Positions 14,901 through 29,359 of a stretch of DNA of 64,000 nucleotides are shown in pieces. The notes beneath the pieces were generated by a model, which was not told the DNA's origin, did not search any database, and saw only the letters and a program-made list of their open reading frames with translations. Each line of letters begins with the position of its first letter. Positions within the stretch are counted from its first letter, which is position 1. A program made the position numbers and the translations under genes. Source of the DNA: Balanoglossus misakiensis (taxonomy: Eukaryota; Animalia; Hemichordata). The DNA is taken from contig CM082588.2 of the NCBI GenBank assembly GCA_040954595.2, positions 3,432,513-3,496,512 of the forward strand. The letters run 5' to 3'.

Positions 14901-17900
14901 TAAAATCCGACCCAGTAAAACAAAGAGTCACCACAGGATCACGTTGGATTTTTTTAACCAGAGTATAGGACACGTCACCCATAACTTAAACCACAATCCA
15001 CAGTTGTCGATAAGTATTATTTACTCACCCAAAATCCCTAGTTTGTAACTCCGACTGATTTTAGGCGAAATTAGAATCGTCACCACGATGAAACAACGAA
15101 CTTTACTCGCAGAAAGGGCGAGACAGTTATGAGCACGTTTCAACTAGGGATAGCCTCACTGAACCAACTTCATAAGATGGCGTCCGTTGCTATGGGTTTA
15201 CCACCATTGCCTTGGAAACGCCAGAATGATCACTCACTCCCATGATGAGCACGCAATAGCCCTCTCGATTGTCGGCAAAGCACGAAATAGCCAAATCGGG
15301 CACATTTAAGTACTTAAAATGACCAAAAATCCTCATTTATTCAATAACTTCACCAAGAGAACGGGCTTCATCCCTGCATAAGTATGCCTCTTACGGTTAG
15401 CATATGGCGCACACGCTGATAGTCTGTAGTCGCTCTGTTCTCGGACCGACGGGACAAACATCCCAGAAATGTCCTCTCAACCGCGATCTGTACAAAGTGG
15501 TATAGCCGGGGAAATGTTCCATCCGCCCAGCGGTACTGTTACAGAATTTTGAAACGAAACCTTCTTTTTCCATCCTTTCTTGCGGATGTCATTAGCCAGG
15601 AAGCGGTAAGGTCAAGGGTGGAAAATTCTTTGCGACGAGGTGCGGATACGCGGTCACTGAACCCAAGAGAACGTTCGCGTCTCTCTGTCTGCTCGGAAAG
15701 AATCACCTGATGACAAACCCACGTCCTAAAGAGACAGCAACTTTTTTTAGGATTCTTGGACAGTCACCCCCTGGAAATTTACCCACCTGTGCGCACAACA
15801 TCACGCAATTTATCACACTCCCCTATATCTCCATGTATATGTTGTAGCTCCTTCCAAAACCATCTCCTTCAAAACACCACAACGTTTGACTACATGCCGA
15901 CGACAGAACCTGAAATTTTCAGTAACTTCACCAAGAGAACCGCTCGCATATGGCGCGCGAGCAAGCTGCTGCATTTAATCCTTTCTGGGAGCGTTGATCG
16001 GACATCCACCCTCTTCGTCGTGATTTGCGCTGTACTTACAGTCACCAAAAATACGCCTAGCGGTAATATTTCACGACATTTTAAAAATGAACTCCTTTCT
16101 GGCGGTAATCGTAGACAGGAGAAAAAGATTAGCCGTCCTTTTAACTAATCATTTATACATTGTAGTTATTTTTCCCTGAGCAAAATGTGCGTTCCAATCT
16201 TGCTATCAAAATCATATCACCAGCAGCAGAAATTTAAGTCGGTGGGGTCACACCGTGCCACATCCATGCCCCTTCTCTGCTAGATTTAGATCCCATGCAC
16301 TTGTATCGTACCGATGTCTCCCCCTCCTCTCCCCCCCTTCTCTGTTGTAACTTCAAACCAATAATATGCAGTCGCCGTGGTGGTTCATATTTAGACATTA
16401 GAATTGTTCAACCACGTGGGTTCAGTTCACATCTGGTTAAGGAATGCGGCTTCAACATCAAACACCACCTTTACTTTCACATTATTTGCATACTTCCTTT
16501 GATTTGCACTGTATTCTTGTCATGATAAAGTTATCTTAAAATGTAGCTCGCTGTATATTCGCGGATACCTTCTCTTTTCCTCAGAAGATTTGCAACTAGT
16601 TTAAAGTGAGACTGGGTCACTTACATCTGTTATCTAAATGTACCGTAACTTCAAATTAATACTGAAATAATAATTTGAATAATATTTTGCCACGATGTGT
16701 ATAATTTTACACACGCAAAATATGCAAACGAGCTGTCAATGTACTACGTAATATCCCCCATGTATTTTCCAATAATCGAACTACTCGTGTCATCGTACAT
16801 ATCGCAGATAACTGTTTTCCTCGTTTGGGTAATTTGTCGCGGGGTCAGGGGTCACGAAGCGCTATGTACGCCACAGGTCAGTCAGCATGTGTGTGGGCAT
16901 ACTGTGAGACCAGGTCTATTCAAATTCCATACTTTTATACTTCCCACTTTTGTGCTTTCTGTGACTTATTTCAATCACTGTAATCCCATAGAGCTCAAAA
17001 CTCGTTGACTTTCGATTACAGGTCCTTGAGGAAGGGACTATGAAAACACCTCTTTATGTCGACCAGTCCAGACAAATATTCGTTTTCTGTACGTGCTAAT
17101 AACCTTGGTTTAACTACCTTATGAGAAACGTCGCCACCACTTTAACATGGATTTCTTTTTCTTCTGTGCGCTACTCGCACGACAGCTCAGAACACACGCT
17201 TGAAATTATTGAAGAATTAGTTTTAAAATACTTGAAATATGATTATATTCAAGCGACCTTTATCATCGGTTGAAAACTGTTAATATTTTAATTTTTGCCA
17301 TAAAAGAGGCAAAAGTATTTTCAATATCTTAACATAAAGAAAAACTTTATAGAGTTTTTTGCACTCTATAAAGATATAACGAATTTATGGGACAATCAAT
17401 GCAACGTAAGAACTTGAATCTTTTCAACATGTTACCGCTTTAAGATCTGTGTGGCATATGTGATAGATTAGTTGTTATGGAGCTGCATAGCGATCGGTTG
17501 GGTTTCCATGAGGTGGCCTGCGATTGTCGCATTTTCGCTGTGTTTTCTGTCCTCGGGTTTTTGACCCGTCAGTCGATTCTCCCCGCCGTCTCGCAGCGTG
17601 AAGCGCATTGTTTTGCCTGAATGCGCGAGTAACGGGGCAATTACCGACTAATCGGCCCGGATCTCGATACTCGGGCTGAAGCAGCGAAGGTGGGCGCAGT
17701 TATCCGTCGTTGAGGCGGCCGGGTTTCGAGGGCGAGTGGAAGATGCGGGCGACAGACGGGCAGAAGTTGCTCCCGCCCCGGCCGCCGCGCCGATCCACCC
17801 GTGAGTTCACTTGAAAACCGTACATTCAGGGGCGACGTGTTTTTCTTGTACAAATCTCAGTGTTTGGCGTTGGCAAATATTGTCCAAGTGAAAAGATTAA

Positions 17901-20900
17901 CTACTTTCAGGAACTCTGAAAGCACCGGCCACTCTCGCCGTGTGTGGTTGCAGACAAGAACAACGAGACACAGCCTCGCCACCGCCCCAACGCCAAACAC
18001 GACACGCTTGGCCGCTTCCGTACTTTCTACCGACATTTACTGAATCTTTCAGACACAATATTATGCCAGGAAAATAGTCAGACGAACACTGACCCAAAAC
18101 AAGTGCAAATTATGACATAATTTACTCTCACGTGAGCAGAACTTCAAAAAGTTTTAGAATTTCGTTAAAATCTCAAAGCAGTTAGAGTTCACTTATAGTA
18201 CTTATTGATGTACTCATGCGAACCATGTACTAATACTTGGAAGCTAATTACACTGTTATCAGGAAAAGTTACTTGGGAGTGTTTGTTTTGGTTGTTGATT
18301 CTCGATAGTGGTGTTTTAATGAGACCCACTACTATTTTTTATGTATTTTAGTATGAGCTCATTTTATTCATATCACCAAGCCTTCGACATTTTTATGATC
18401 ATTTGCAGGCATTTGCGATTTTGCAAAATAATGTTCGAAACATATTTTAAATTTATAATCTTTTCACCTCGCCAATTTTTTGTCAAAATATGTCGGTCTT
18501 GTATAGATAAATTCCCGATACTGGCTTTAAGCTCATAATACTGCCATCAGGTGTTATATTTTCATCTGGCTGACTATGAAACGTGACAGTATGGTGGCGC
18601 AGACGACAAAAGAACGCCACAAAATCTCGTCAATTAATCAAAATCAGAATCCGGGCGAGAGAATGTGCAAAAGCATACGTCATATAATGAAATACAATCT
18701 AAAGGGGTGTAAGCGCACGTCAGATTTCGCTAAACGTGAGCACATTTTTGTCTGATAACACTGAGACAGGTCACGTGACGCAAAAAAACATCGGCTATGA
18801 ACTATTCCAAATTTTCTTGTGATTTTTTTAAATATCAACATTATCCAGTGGCAGAATTATTCCACATGAAGAAATGCGAGCTGTCATGAATGATTGGCCC
18901 GTTTCATTTTTTTTTCTACAAAGAATTCCATTCTGGAATGTTACTGGACTTATGACATTTGAAGAATGTGTGATGTGTATAAAGTAATTGTACTCAAGTT
19001 TCAATATGAAATATGATTTATTCAGCCGTGTTATTGATAGTTTAGTTGTTGGATATGATCACTGCCAGATTACGGTGTATCATATTCTAGAAATAATCAT
19101 AGGATTATGAAAATGCCGTAAAAGGTAAAATTTAATCTGTTGCTTAAAATTGTTAGTGTGTTTTCCCGTTCCATAGAAACCGCAGTGGGGATATGTCTGA
19201 CCACCTAAAGTGTCTTGACGAAAAAACAAACAAACAATATGTTTTGACATTTGGATTTTATTCTTCAGAAGATTGTGAGAAAAATGACAGTTGATTTGAC
19301 TTTCCGCACAATTGTCACACGCGCGAAGCAAGATCTTTGAAACGGAAATTAAGCGAAGGGTCGTGATGCGGCGGATATCAGCAGTCACTCTATACGAGCG
19401 CGAAGCCCGGTTGTTTTGTTTTTTCTTCTCCTCTTTCGACTCCGCATTCACAATCTGTGAGGCTATTTTTCTGAGCAACTTGTATTTTTAATAAAAAGCA
19501 AACAGTGGTTGGGGCGGATGACACAGAAAACGAAAGATTAAAAGCAACCATGAATTGATTTTTGGCACAGTTTCCAAGCGTTTGTTCGGCTCACGCGCTC
19601 TGTCGCTGGGCTCTTTCACGTTTATCTCTTTCACTGGAGTCAAAAAACGGGAACGTCATTAAATTTTCAGCAGGGCAGTCGGTAGGAGAGCGCGATTGAC
19701 GGGAATTTCGGACGAAAGCGACCGCATAACCCCGACGATATCGCAGAGATGGTGCCCCCGAAATCATGCGTTGCCAGCGTGAAATTATTCTCCGTAAACG
19801 CGAACTGGGATTTAAGTCAGCGGAAGGTTCTTACGGTGAATTGCGGCGCGGGTCGTCACACGATCGACACATCGACAGCTGAACACCGAATATCGCAAAT
19901 TGAGCTTATTACGGAGAGATTTGACGTATTTATAATATCAACCCCCGAGGCTGTTGTTTTTACCCAGAAAGCATGGAGATAACAGAGATCTGCGGTAATG
20001 AGAGTGACTCGACCATCTTCAATGCAACGTGGAGACAGAAAAATCGAAACTTCAGCCCGCCTCAATTTGACACCTGTTTCGTATCTCGCCAGAAATAACG
20101 AAGCGGTTGGCAATCAAGTTACACTCGTCGAAAGCACCAAACCCCTCGAGACTCGCTCCGAAGGTAAAATTGTCAGGTTTCGCCGCGGTTTGGGTGAGAG
20201 AGGCGTTTTTTAAGGGGACAAACGCGCCAGTTTTTGGATCGGGGGATTAGCATTGTTTGTTTTCACGCGATGACAACATTGAACGGGACGCTTTTAGAAA
20301 GTGATACACGTCATTGTCTCATTCAAAAGACAACCAGTTTATCGCGCAATAGTGGGAGGGAGAGTTTATTTCGAGCCGTTATCCTCGTGCGCGGCGTCTC
20401 AGGTCAGGCGAGTAAGAGAAAAAATTCTCCCCAAAAACGAGCGTTCATCTGCGCGGTCAACTGAAATTCCTGACGTCTTTGCGGTGTTCGGAGGAACAAT
20501 TATGTCTTTCTCCTTTCGCCACTTGGCAATAATGTGCAGGGGAGTCCGGCCAACACACCTGCGCCGGCTGCGGACAATGGCCGTTTGTAAAGGCGCCATT
20601 TTTGTAATCATTGGCCAACGTCACCAGCTTGGTGTTTTCAAGTGCCTTTGGCCCCTCAAAGGAAAGTGATCCCCGTGTGCAAATAGAGCAATCAATAGCA
20701 ATATGGCCCAGCGTTTTTTGGCCACCCGGGAAATTTGCATATTAAAGTTACGTTTTGAAAACAGACAAATACCAACATTGGTTGGGTGGATAATTACATG
20801 CCGTGGAATCAACATCTCTTGTCTTCAAGAGCGACGTGTTTTCGCTCGTTTTTATCCATTTTTCATGGTTTGGTGTTTGCTCCAATAAGCGGACCGCAGA

Positions 20901-23900
20901 CTTCAAGATGGCGCGTTGTAAGCATGGAATATGAAAAGGTGGCGTGTAAAACAGGCGGTAAACGCAACTGTATTCTATCATGTATCTGTCACCTTCTACA
21001 CCGACGGGGAAAATCGTAAGAGGAAACGCCGCTGTCAAAATAACCTGCTGGCAATAGGAAAACAACACCGACGGTATTTGCCATGCACCATCAACGACAA
21101 AAGTGGCGGAGCTCGCAAATCCATAACAAAAACAACGTGATTTTTTGGTACCCGCTTTCGACCAAAAAGGCCGGGACTTTATTTCGGTGCTATACCACAA
21201 ACATAGAGGGGGACGTTGTTGTTGCCGTCATATGCACGAAATGTGTGTCGGATCACGTCGTGCGGTACGTCACACATGTCAGATGCACGGTGCGCTGAAT
21301 GCACGGCTGTCGTTCCCCGGTGGCCGCTCTCTCGTCAATTTCCATTTCCCCCTTTCCCGTAATCGAACATTTCGATCGAGATTTATCCAAATTAACGTCA
21401 GAAAATAAATCTCCGAGTCAAAGCAACGTGGCTGGGAACGGGAGGAGGGAATTTGAGAGGACGGGAAGTGACAGGCAAACAGCGGACAGTTGAGCCGCGA
21501 GAATGGTTCTACTTCAGTGGGACCAGGCAGCAATCGTACCCCCCCCCCCCTTAGGAACTATCTTGGCATTCTGAGCAAGTCGCGCTGTAACTTTATCAAT
21601 GTTAACCAGAGGAAGGGTGGTTTGACTGATAGATAAATAAAAATAAAATAAATAGATAATTAAATGGATAAATAACAGAAAAACAGAACCTCTTTCATCT
21701 AGGATTTTCTATGGTTGGCAAATTGTGGTCCGATAGCAAGAGTACCAAACAGCCTGTTGTAGAAAAAAATCCATTCATATTTAATGGTACGCGTCCTCTG
21801 CTATTTAACAAGCCTTAGCTGATCTGTTTCGCAAATCTGCGCTGATCTTTCTCGGCTTACAGATGATGTAAGGATTCCCGTACTGGCGATTAGAAATGCC
21901 TTGTTTGATAGACCAGTTACCATAGCTCTGTTAGGCATTGTTGTGAGTTTAATTACTTTAAGCCGTCGACTTAGCACCTATATCTTTACAAATCAATTTA
22001 ACCTACCTCACACCTCGTTGTGAAATTCTCTTTTAATTAATTACGTAGAACGCCACTGTAACATGTTAATTGGTCCCTTTTAGCGGGACTGCATGTGTAC
22101 GCGCGCCGGCGGTTTAATTTGCGATTGCGTTCGCAAATTTGGCCGCCGTCTTTTCGAGAGGTCATTTAAATAAATTGACTGGGCTCTTCGAAATTGGCGT
22201 AATGTACAACGTAAAAACTTCGAAAACACGAGCAAGGGGGACTCGGGTCGAGTATTACATGCATGGGGCAATTTCTGTCACACGTATAGGCAAGTTAGAT
22301 GTGAGGTAAGCTGGACCGGGCGCCAGCACCTGCAATCATACGCTTCCCAAGGAACTCGCGTTTAAGATGGTAGAAAAACTCTGTCCTGTGACATTTTCGT
22401 GCTCAAGTCCTTCATATTAGCGCTCATTTCGTTTCTCTTTTGCGAGGATTAAAGGCAGACTATCATGTGATTTCGACCGGGAGAATTGCGGCCATTTTCC
22501 CTCTGACCTTGGACGAGTTTGCCATGGACTTCGTTTACTTTCCCTGCTCTGCTATTCGTAACCGTCAAATGCACCAACTCCGAAAAACACACGCGGATGA
22601 AAACGCTGTATCGTGTCCAAATTTCCATAAGGCGCATTAGACATTTTATTTGCATATACCGATGGATCGACGATTCTTCCTCCACCGACGATGGGAGACA
22701 TTAACAATTTAGTAGAAAATGACATTATTCGGCTCACATTTGTGATTGACTGAAATCAACCAACAATATATCACAACAGTATCGATTTATTGCAAAGTTT
22801 AAATGGTGGTCGAGAGAAAGTTTTAAAGTAAGTTCCATAGCGGTCAGCAACCCTTGAAAGATAGCACGCAATGACGTATAAAAGAACGCAAACTGATACA
22901 TAAACTATCGAATTAAAATAAAATTGAATTCGATTTGATTTCCTACTGTGAAAAAAAATCCTTAAATACTCTTGTATAATCAGGGCGATATCATAATTAA
23001 GTGCGATTTCGAATGACTTGTTAACTGGTGTTTTCTTGAAGTCGATTGCAGCAAACAGACCCGGGGTGTCCCCACACTACTGGCTATTTACATCCAGAGC
23101 AGTCTTGGCGGCGTTGCGGGTCACAGCCCGAGCGAAATCTGGAAGCCATCACCCAGGGACTTCTCCCTGGTGAAGGCGATGTGTGAACGGCCAGTCCCGC
23201 TCGTATACTCGATGACGTGGTGCCATCTTTTACAACTGCTCCGGGGCCCCCATTAACCGAGCACATAAAACGCGACTTTCTTGCGAATTCTTTCACTTTT
23301 AACTTCTGTTGTGTCTGTAGGCATAATCTTTATTTTTATATCCGACCCCACATTAAGTAAAATCACCAAAAGGTAGAACAAGGGCATCAAAATTAAAGGT
23401 CATATAACGGATTATTTATACTTGACCCGAATATGTAATGACGCGCAGTCATTTCGAGAGACATTCGCTGTGATTCTAGTCGGCGCTGGTCCGCCCCACA
23501 AGTTGGCTGTACCCGTGAACGTACCGCGATATCAAAATGGCGCCATCTTAGATTCGATCAATCCATTTACTGATGATCGTGTACCTATTAAGTATAAATG
23601 TTTACAATATCCTGACAGACTGGGCAGTGTCGTTTGTGTGCGTTCCCACAAGCACAAATCAACTGATGACGAAAATGGCATTTAAAAATTCATAGAAACA
23701 GGTTGGCTTTTATTTATATCCACTGGCGTGGTACAGACGGATATTTAAAAAAATCAAAGCATATTGCAAACCTCATCAATATTAACATCTTAAACGGTGA
23801 CTGTTGATTAAAGAAGTTATTTTCGCGGTTGTCGTATATATTGAGACAATGATGATCATTTCATGGCGGGGTTTTGTTGCATGTTCATATTGCGCATTTA

Positions 23901-26900
23901 TAATTAGCCATGTTTAGAACTGATAGTAGGAATGAACACAATAGAGGCAAGCCGAAGACAGCCGCGGTCGTGACGATCTTTAAATTTGAAGTTTAAACAG
24001 TTTCCTTGCAAAGAGGCCACGTGTCGTGTATTTGGCGAGACAAATTACACTCACAGAAATCTGTTAACAGACAATATCTAGACTTGGCGTTGTGTAAATG
24101 GGTTTTCTGTGATCTGTCTACTTCAAGAAGCAACGTGTATTAGTACTCAGAATGGCGCGGCAAAATTACACGAAATTTTGATTTTCCCCATTCTTCAGCA
24201 TGGCAAGTATTAACGGGAACCCCTTATTTGGAGAAAATCGTCACGAGATAAAAATCATTTTTTGTTAAAAAATGACTCCAGACACAAAGGCGGCTGTAAT
24301 AAGCCCAAGATGAAGACATCTAGGCATTGTTCCATCTTCATAAACAACCCTTTTGTTGAGAGCAATCAAGACATTTAGGAGACACTCAGTTGCCACAGTA
24401 TCACAGAAAACTTAATTGAAATCGATTTCCATTTTACAAACGGAAGTATTTCCCGCAAATTGTAAAATTATAATACAGCCCACCCGAAAATATGTTTCAT
24501 CAGTTATATCTCCGACTGGTAATTAATAATATACATGCAAATACACGAAGTAATTTGTAGCAGACAAGGAGGCTTGTGCAACGCCGGTTTGCTTGTTGGA
24601 AACACGATCTTGATGAGGGTATTTTCAGTTTGCCGGCCGGGCTAATAGCGCGCGTATTACGACCGCGGGGAGGCTCGTCTTCTTCAAATCAACGACATCG
24701 GAGGCAAGTGTGTTATTATGTTTGCAAAACCCAAGACTGTTCGAATGATTTAATTATTCATAATTTGACCATTACAAGCGTTCGTTTTCCTTCAAATTCG
24801 ACGGTCTCCACTGTGAAGATTTCTGGCGGAGAGAAAAAACTTAATCGGAAATTGTACCGTTGATTTATTTGATGGCTTCTAAGCAGGGTGCAATGAATTG
24901 CCGGAGAGTTGACGATATTGGTAAATTCTTGTAATATATCTCAGCGATATTTTATGGAAGGTGATCAATATATGTATGGACGGTGTCACATTTCGCGACA
25001 GCTAAAGAAAGTTCCGAAAGAGTTATGACGTTTACAAGGGTTAATGTCCAAAAGTTGAACTTTTTTGTGCGAACAGCGCCAATTTGGTGACTTTCAAATG
25101 GGATCTGGGGTTTGTCTGTGAAGCTGTGAGCGAAGTCCCTCTGTCAGATCTGTATAGGGGAGGGTCCAGAACGCCTCGACCGCGCATACATGCGATCGAT
25201 CGACAGCAGGGAATCACTAGGTTGAAAACAATCCCTCGTCGACGTACAGACACTCCGTTGGGGATTGTACACGCTAGATTAGGCAAAGAAAAACACCGTG
25301 ATTAGAGTCAACAGCGCGCGGACAACAAAGTTTACCGGGTGCAGCCTACTTAATACTGGTTGAAATAACACCGGTGGTTCTCCCCTGGCAAGAGGCGTAA
25401 CAGACGGGGAGGTATGCAAGTCAACCCGGGGAGGGCAGCATTGTTACCGGAAAACAATGAATCAAAATCCGTTCGTCAGGTACTAGTTTGCAAGAAGCAG
25501 AGAAAAAAACCTCCAACCACCCCTGATCAATCCGGAGGGATAACGCCATCTTGTGTAAACGACTGGTCATTGTGCAAAAATTAGCACTCACACACAAAGG
25601 CCGGAATAACTCTAATTTGACCACAGGTGTCAATCCTCATTTAGCGACGAGGCTTTTTTTTTCTTTAACTGTAACTGTTGTGCGTTGCTGTCTTTCATGC
25701 CGCCAGTCTATTGTGTGGTTTCTGCGTTCTAAAGGTAGAATGTTGTGACGACTTGAGAATCAATTGGCCCATCACCGAGTAAACATAACCTGTCACCGGT
25801 GTTGAACAAGCGATACTCTCCCCATGTTTTCATTTAGCACCTGTCCAAATTCCGAGTCAACACGCACTTCTACCACGCCTCCCTTTCGCTTTGAACAAAA
25901 TAAAACATTTTTGACAAGATATAACCAGCGGCATGGCGTGTCAGGCCATTTAAAGAAAAGTTTCTAAGTCGAATAAGCCCACAAGCTCGTCGTTCAATCG
26001 TTTAAGAGGATTGACTGAATGTGTACACATTGGATTCGTCTTTTTAGTGTCTTCATTCCCACCTGGTCTTTGCTAAGTCTATCTGTCTCTGTCTTCGTCT
26101 CTCTCTCCTCTCTCTTGCAAATCCAGATTGATTTCGCCTACGACCCTTTCCCCCAAGCAAGATATCTTTCCAGCTGACTTTTCGTTCTAAACTTTTTTGT
26201 CACTTCCTGACAATTACACATCAAGAAATTAAAGTGAATGACATCCCTCCCGCAACCGATAGCGAATTTCCCCCTTTCTTTGACAGAAAGTTCACTTCTA
26301 TAGTATTGGACGAAATGTAATTGGTAACAAGAATCTCCCACTCTATCATTCACGAATACCCTGTTACCATGGTTACATTCAACCAAATCCAAATGACAGG
26401 AGATAAACGTTCTTCTTTTTACATAGATAGTTTTGATAATATTGTCACATATGAAAATGACATGGTGCATGGTTAATACAAAATTTCAAGCAAACTGAAT
26501 ATGTAGCTTTGTAAACTGTGGCAAGCAGTCGCCGTTTTAATTAGTAAAAGTTTACAAAGGTTTCTACAGAAATAACATATTTTTGAAATGCTTACTCTTC
26601 AGACAAGAAATCAGTATTGTGTTCTTGCTGTTTTTGACGAGAGAGAAAAAATAAGTCGGCTTTCAGTTAAGTCGGAACACACAGAGCGAACTCGCGTGTT
26701 TCACTATTTCTATCCATCACACAGAATCTGCAAACCTCGTGATTTTTGTTCACCTTTTTATAGAAAATGATTTTTTTCTAAAGGCTTTGAAATGAATAGA
26801 GAATGTTGAAGTCAGTTAAGATTATCTTTTGTATAAAAAATATAAAAACGAGAACGTGAGAAAGCAAAGGAATTTCACAGCGAATCGGATAAAATGGGAA

Positions 26901-28919
26901 AGAATGAACGCCTAGGCGAGAAAAAAACACGATGCGACATGTCAACTTTACAAGAACGCGAAATTATAAAACTTGAGTCGTCTGAGAGGAGACATTGAAA
27001 AACTTATTTAATTCGATTGCAAAGTAACATAGTAACTTTTAGGATTAATTTCCTTGAAAATTTGATATTGGTTTGGCGACAACTTTACCAAGAAAAGTTA
27101 AACACGTTTTCAGTTGTTAAAACTGACATGAAATACTCTATACCCAATGCATTTTAAACTTTTAGTAAAAAAAACACATCGTATCTGTTGGTGAGCATTT
27201 TAAAAATAGCGTTTGTCCTGTTGTAAGATGTACATGTACAGGATCGCGCAACTATTGGGGTTGAAACTAATTTGTTACGTTATTGAAACGCAGGAGAGAC
27301 AACGTTTGCTAACCTTGGTGTACACCCAAAGACGATCAGTGAAGGTATTATCGTTATTTGATTTGACTGAGGAGAAAATGGTAGCATAATAATCCAAGTA
27401 TTCCCTTCTGACGGATCTTTGCACATTCCCGCCCCTTTTATGCGCCCGGTAAACTTATCTGCTCGATCTCGCTCTTCATAATTTCCGATGTTTATATGAT
27501 TCCTCGCAATGACTTCAATATGGTGACTTGGCGTCTGGCAAACAGGTTGATCTCGAACCAGTAAAAAAAACCCAACCCACTGGCCAGACAAAAGACGCGG
27601 CTTCCGAAAGCAGCCGAATAAACAGGTCGAGTGCTCGCTCAAGTACAAAAAGCAGCTCTTCTTTTCACACTGAATTGACTCCGACAAAAATGATTTGTGT
27701 ACAGAAAGTAGTTTGGCAAGCGATTTAGTCATAAAGTCGGTATGTTTTCGCATTCATTAAGGCGCAGGGGTTAACCATCAAACTCGTTAACACGCAAACC
27801 GTTACACGCTCTTCAGAAAATTGGCATTTTCTTTCAAGGTAATGCAAATGATTCACCCAGGCTATTGACAAGATTATTAGCAGATTCGCACTTACACTCA
27901 AATTACCTGGAGCGAGATCTAAAAAAACATGAAAACCTGGATTTGCGGAAAGCGCGTTGCAACATTTAAAAATCCTAGGTCGCTGTGTTTCTACGCAGGC
28001 GAATAACACTATTTCTAATCGACACAAAAGTGGTTTAGTAAAGTAACATTTTTTTGTTTCTTTTGACTCATATCGAAAGAATTAGATAAGGTATTATCGC
28101 TTGCGCTGCAAGTCAATGAGATAAGACAAAAATGGCGCTACGTATACGTTCCTCGCATACTTCGACTATCAGAGAAAAGAACTACCAAAGCCGCGTTCAT
28201 CGACGCGTCTCGTGAAAAGGGGTGAAATATCCTGAACAAAAACTTGCGTCGCAAGGCCGAGAAAAAGAAAAGGTGAATAAATTTTAAGCACTGTACCTTT
28301 ATTCGTTTTCGGTGCTGTCGCTTCAATCTCGGTGTGGTTAGTACCTCGGTTGTGTAGATTACCTCACTACAAATTGGTCAAATTTCATGGTCGTGTGTCT
28401 GTGGCGCCCCCATGCGACCACTGTCATGTGATCTTGGGCGCACGCTGTTCGCACCTGGGTGGCAGTCCAATAACGGTCTTAATTACTGTCACATAGCCGT
28501 GGTTTTATTTCGTTCTATCATTTTTCTCTGCGTAAATTACGCCCGCCTTGTGAATGGTCGTAGCACTTTACACGCAGTGCAAGTTCAATATGGCGGACTG
28601 TCGTAGATGGCGCTAGTTGGCCAACTTTTCATGATATTTCTTTCTGCTGCCAATTTCTGTGCAGCAGTTGGTACTCGGGTCCGCCGCCACTCTGAGTCGG
28701 GATTTACGACTAAGAAAACGCTCTTAAACTGTCACACAACACCCATAAGGGACCAAAGCGATAAGGCAGCCATACTTTAAGAAAATCTACGACCAAGCAT
28801 GCATATACAGCTGTCTCTTGCCTACAGCTTACCCAACACTCAATCACACACAGGCAGGTAACCACATTTCTCCACGATACAGCACAATACTGACACAGCT
28901 TCCCATTTAGGTTGAAAGT

Positions 28920-28925
28920 TTTATT
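28920..28925 (-). terminator. Putative polyadenylation signal (AATAAA) of MRPS15
   Basis: TTTATT on plus strand about 135 nt past the MRPS15 stop codon. Confidence 0.55.
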
Positions 28926-29059
28926 CATTTACGTCTTTGCATATCCAGGTCAGAGGTCATGACATCAACAATAACTAAATCAAATACAAATATAAATGCA
29001 CTCCTTGCAGATGAAATGAAAATCGAGAAAATTGGTCAACTACAAAATAAACCCAGTAA

Positions 29060-29359
29060 TTATTTTGCATCACTTTGCTGTGACTGTTTTTCAAGTTCTT
29101 CCACATCTGCCTCGTCGATTTTCTGTTTAAAATATTCATACAACGCCTTTTTCCTGTCGTAGTACGCTTTCCTCCGTACGGCCCTCTCTTCGCGTTGCTT
29201 CTTGCTGAGTTTTATGATTTTGCTAGGGGGCACTGAATATTGAAGCCCTAGCTCTTTGAGTAACCACTCAAATCTGTCGTAGTTGTTTCTTCTGAGGTAG
29301 CCAAGGAGTTTGTTGCGTCTGTCGATAGCCATCAGTAGCCTGCGTTTGTTCACCATGTC
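29060..29359 (-). CDS. MRPS15: MRPS15 exon 7 (terminal)
   Basis: DMVNKRRLLMAIDRRNKLLGYLRRNNYDRF...SDAK*; ttttgcag acceptor. Confidence 0.93.
   Translation of the reverse strand, partial: DMVNKRRLLMAIDRRNKLLGYLRRNNYDRFEWLLKELGLQYSVPPSKIIKLSKKQREERAVRRKAYYDRKKALYEYFKQKIDEADVEELEKQSQQSDAK

Noticed and set aside
22367-22420. Short ORF MVEKLCPVTFSCSSPSY* resembling the Dlish N-terminal LCPV motif
   Set aside because: Ends in a stop with no convincing phase-1 donor; likely coincidence
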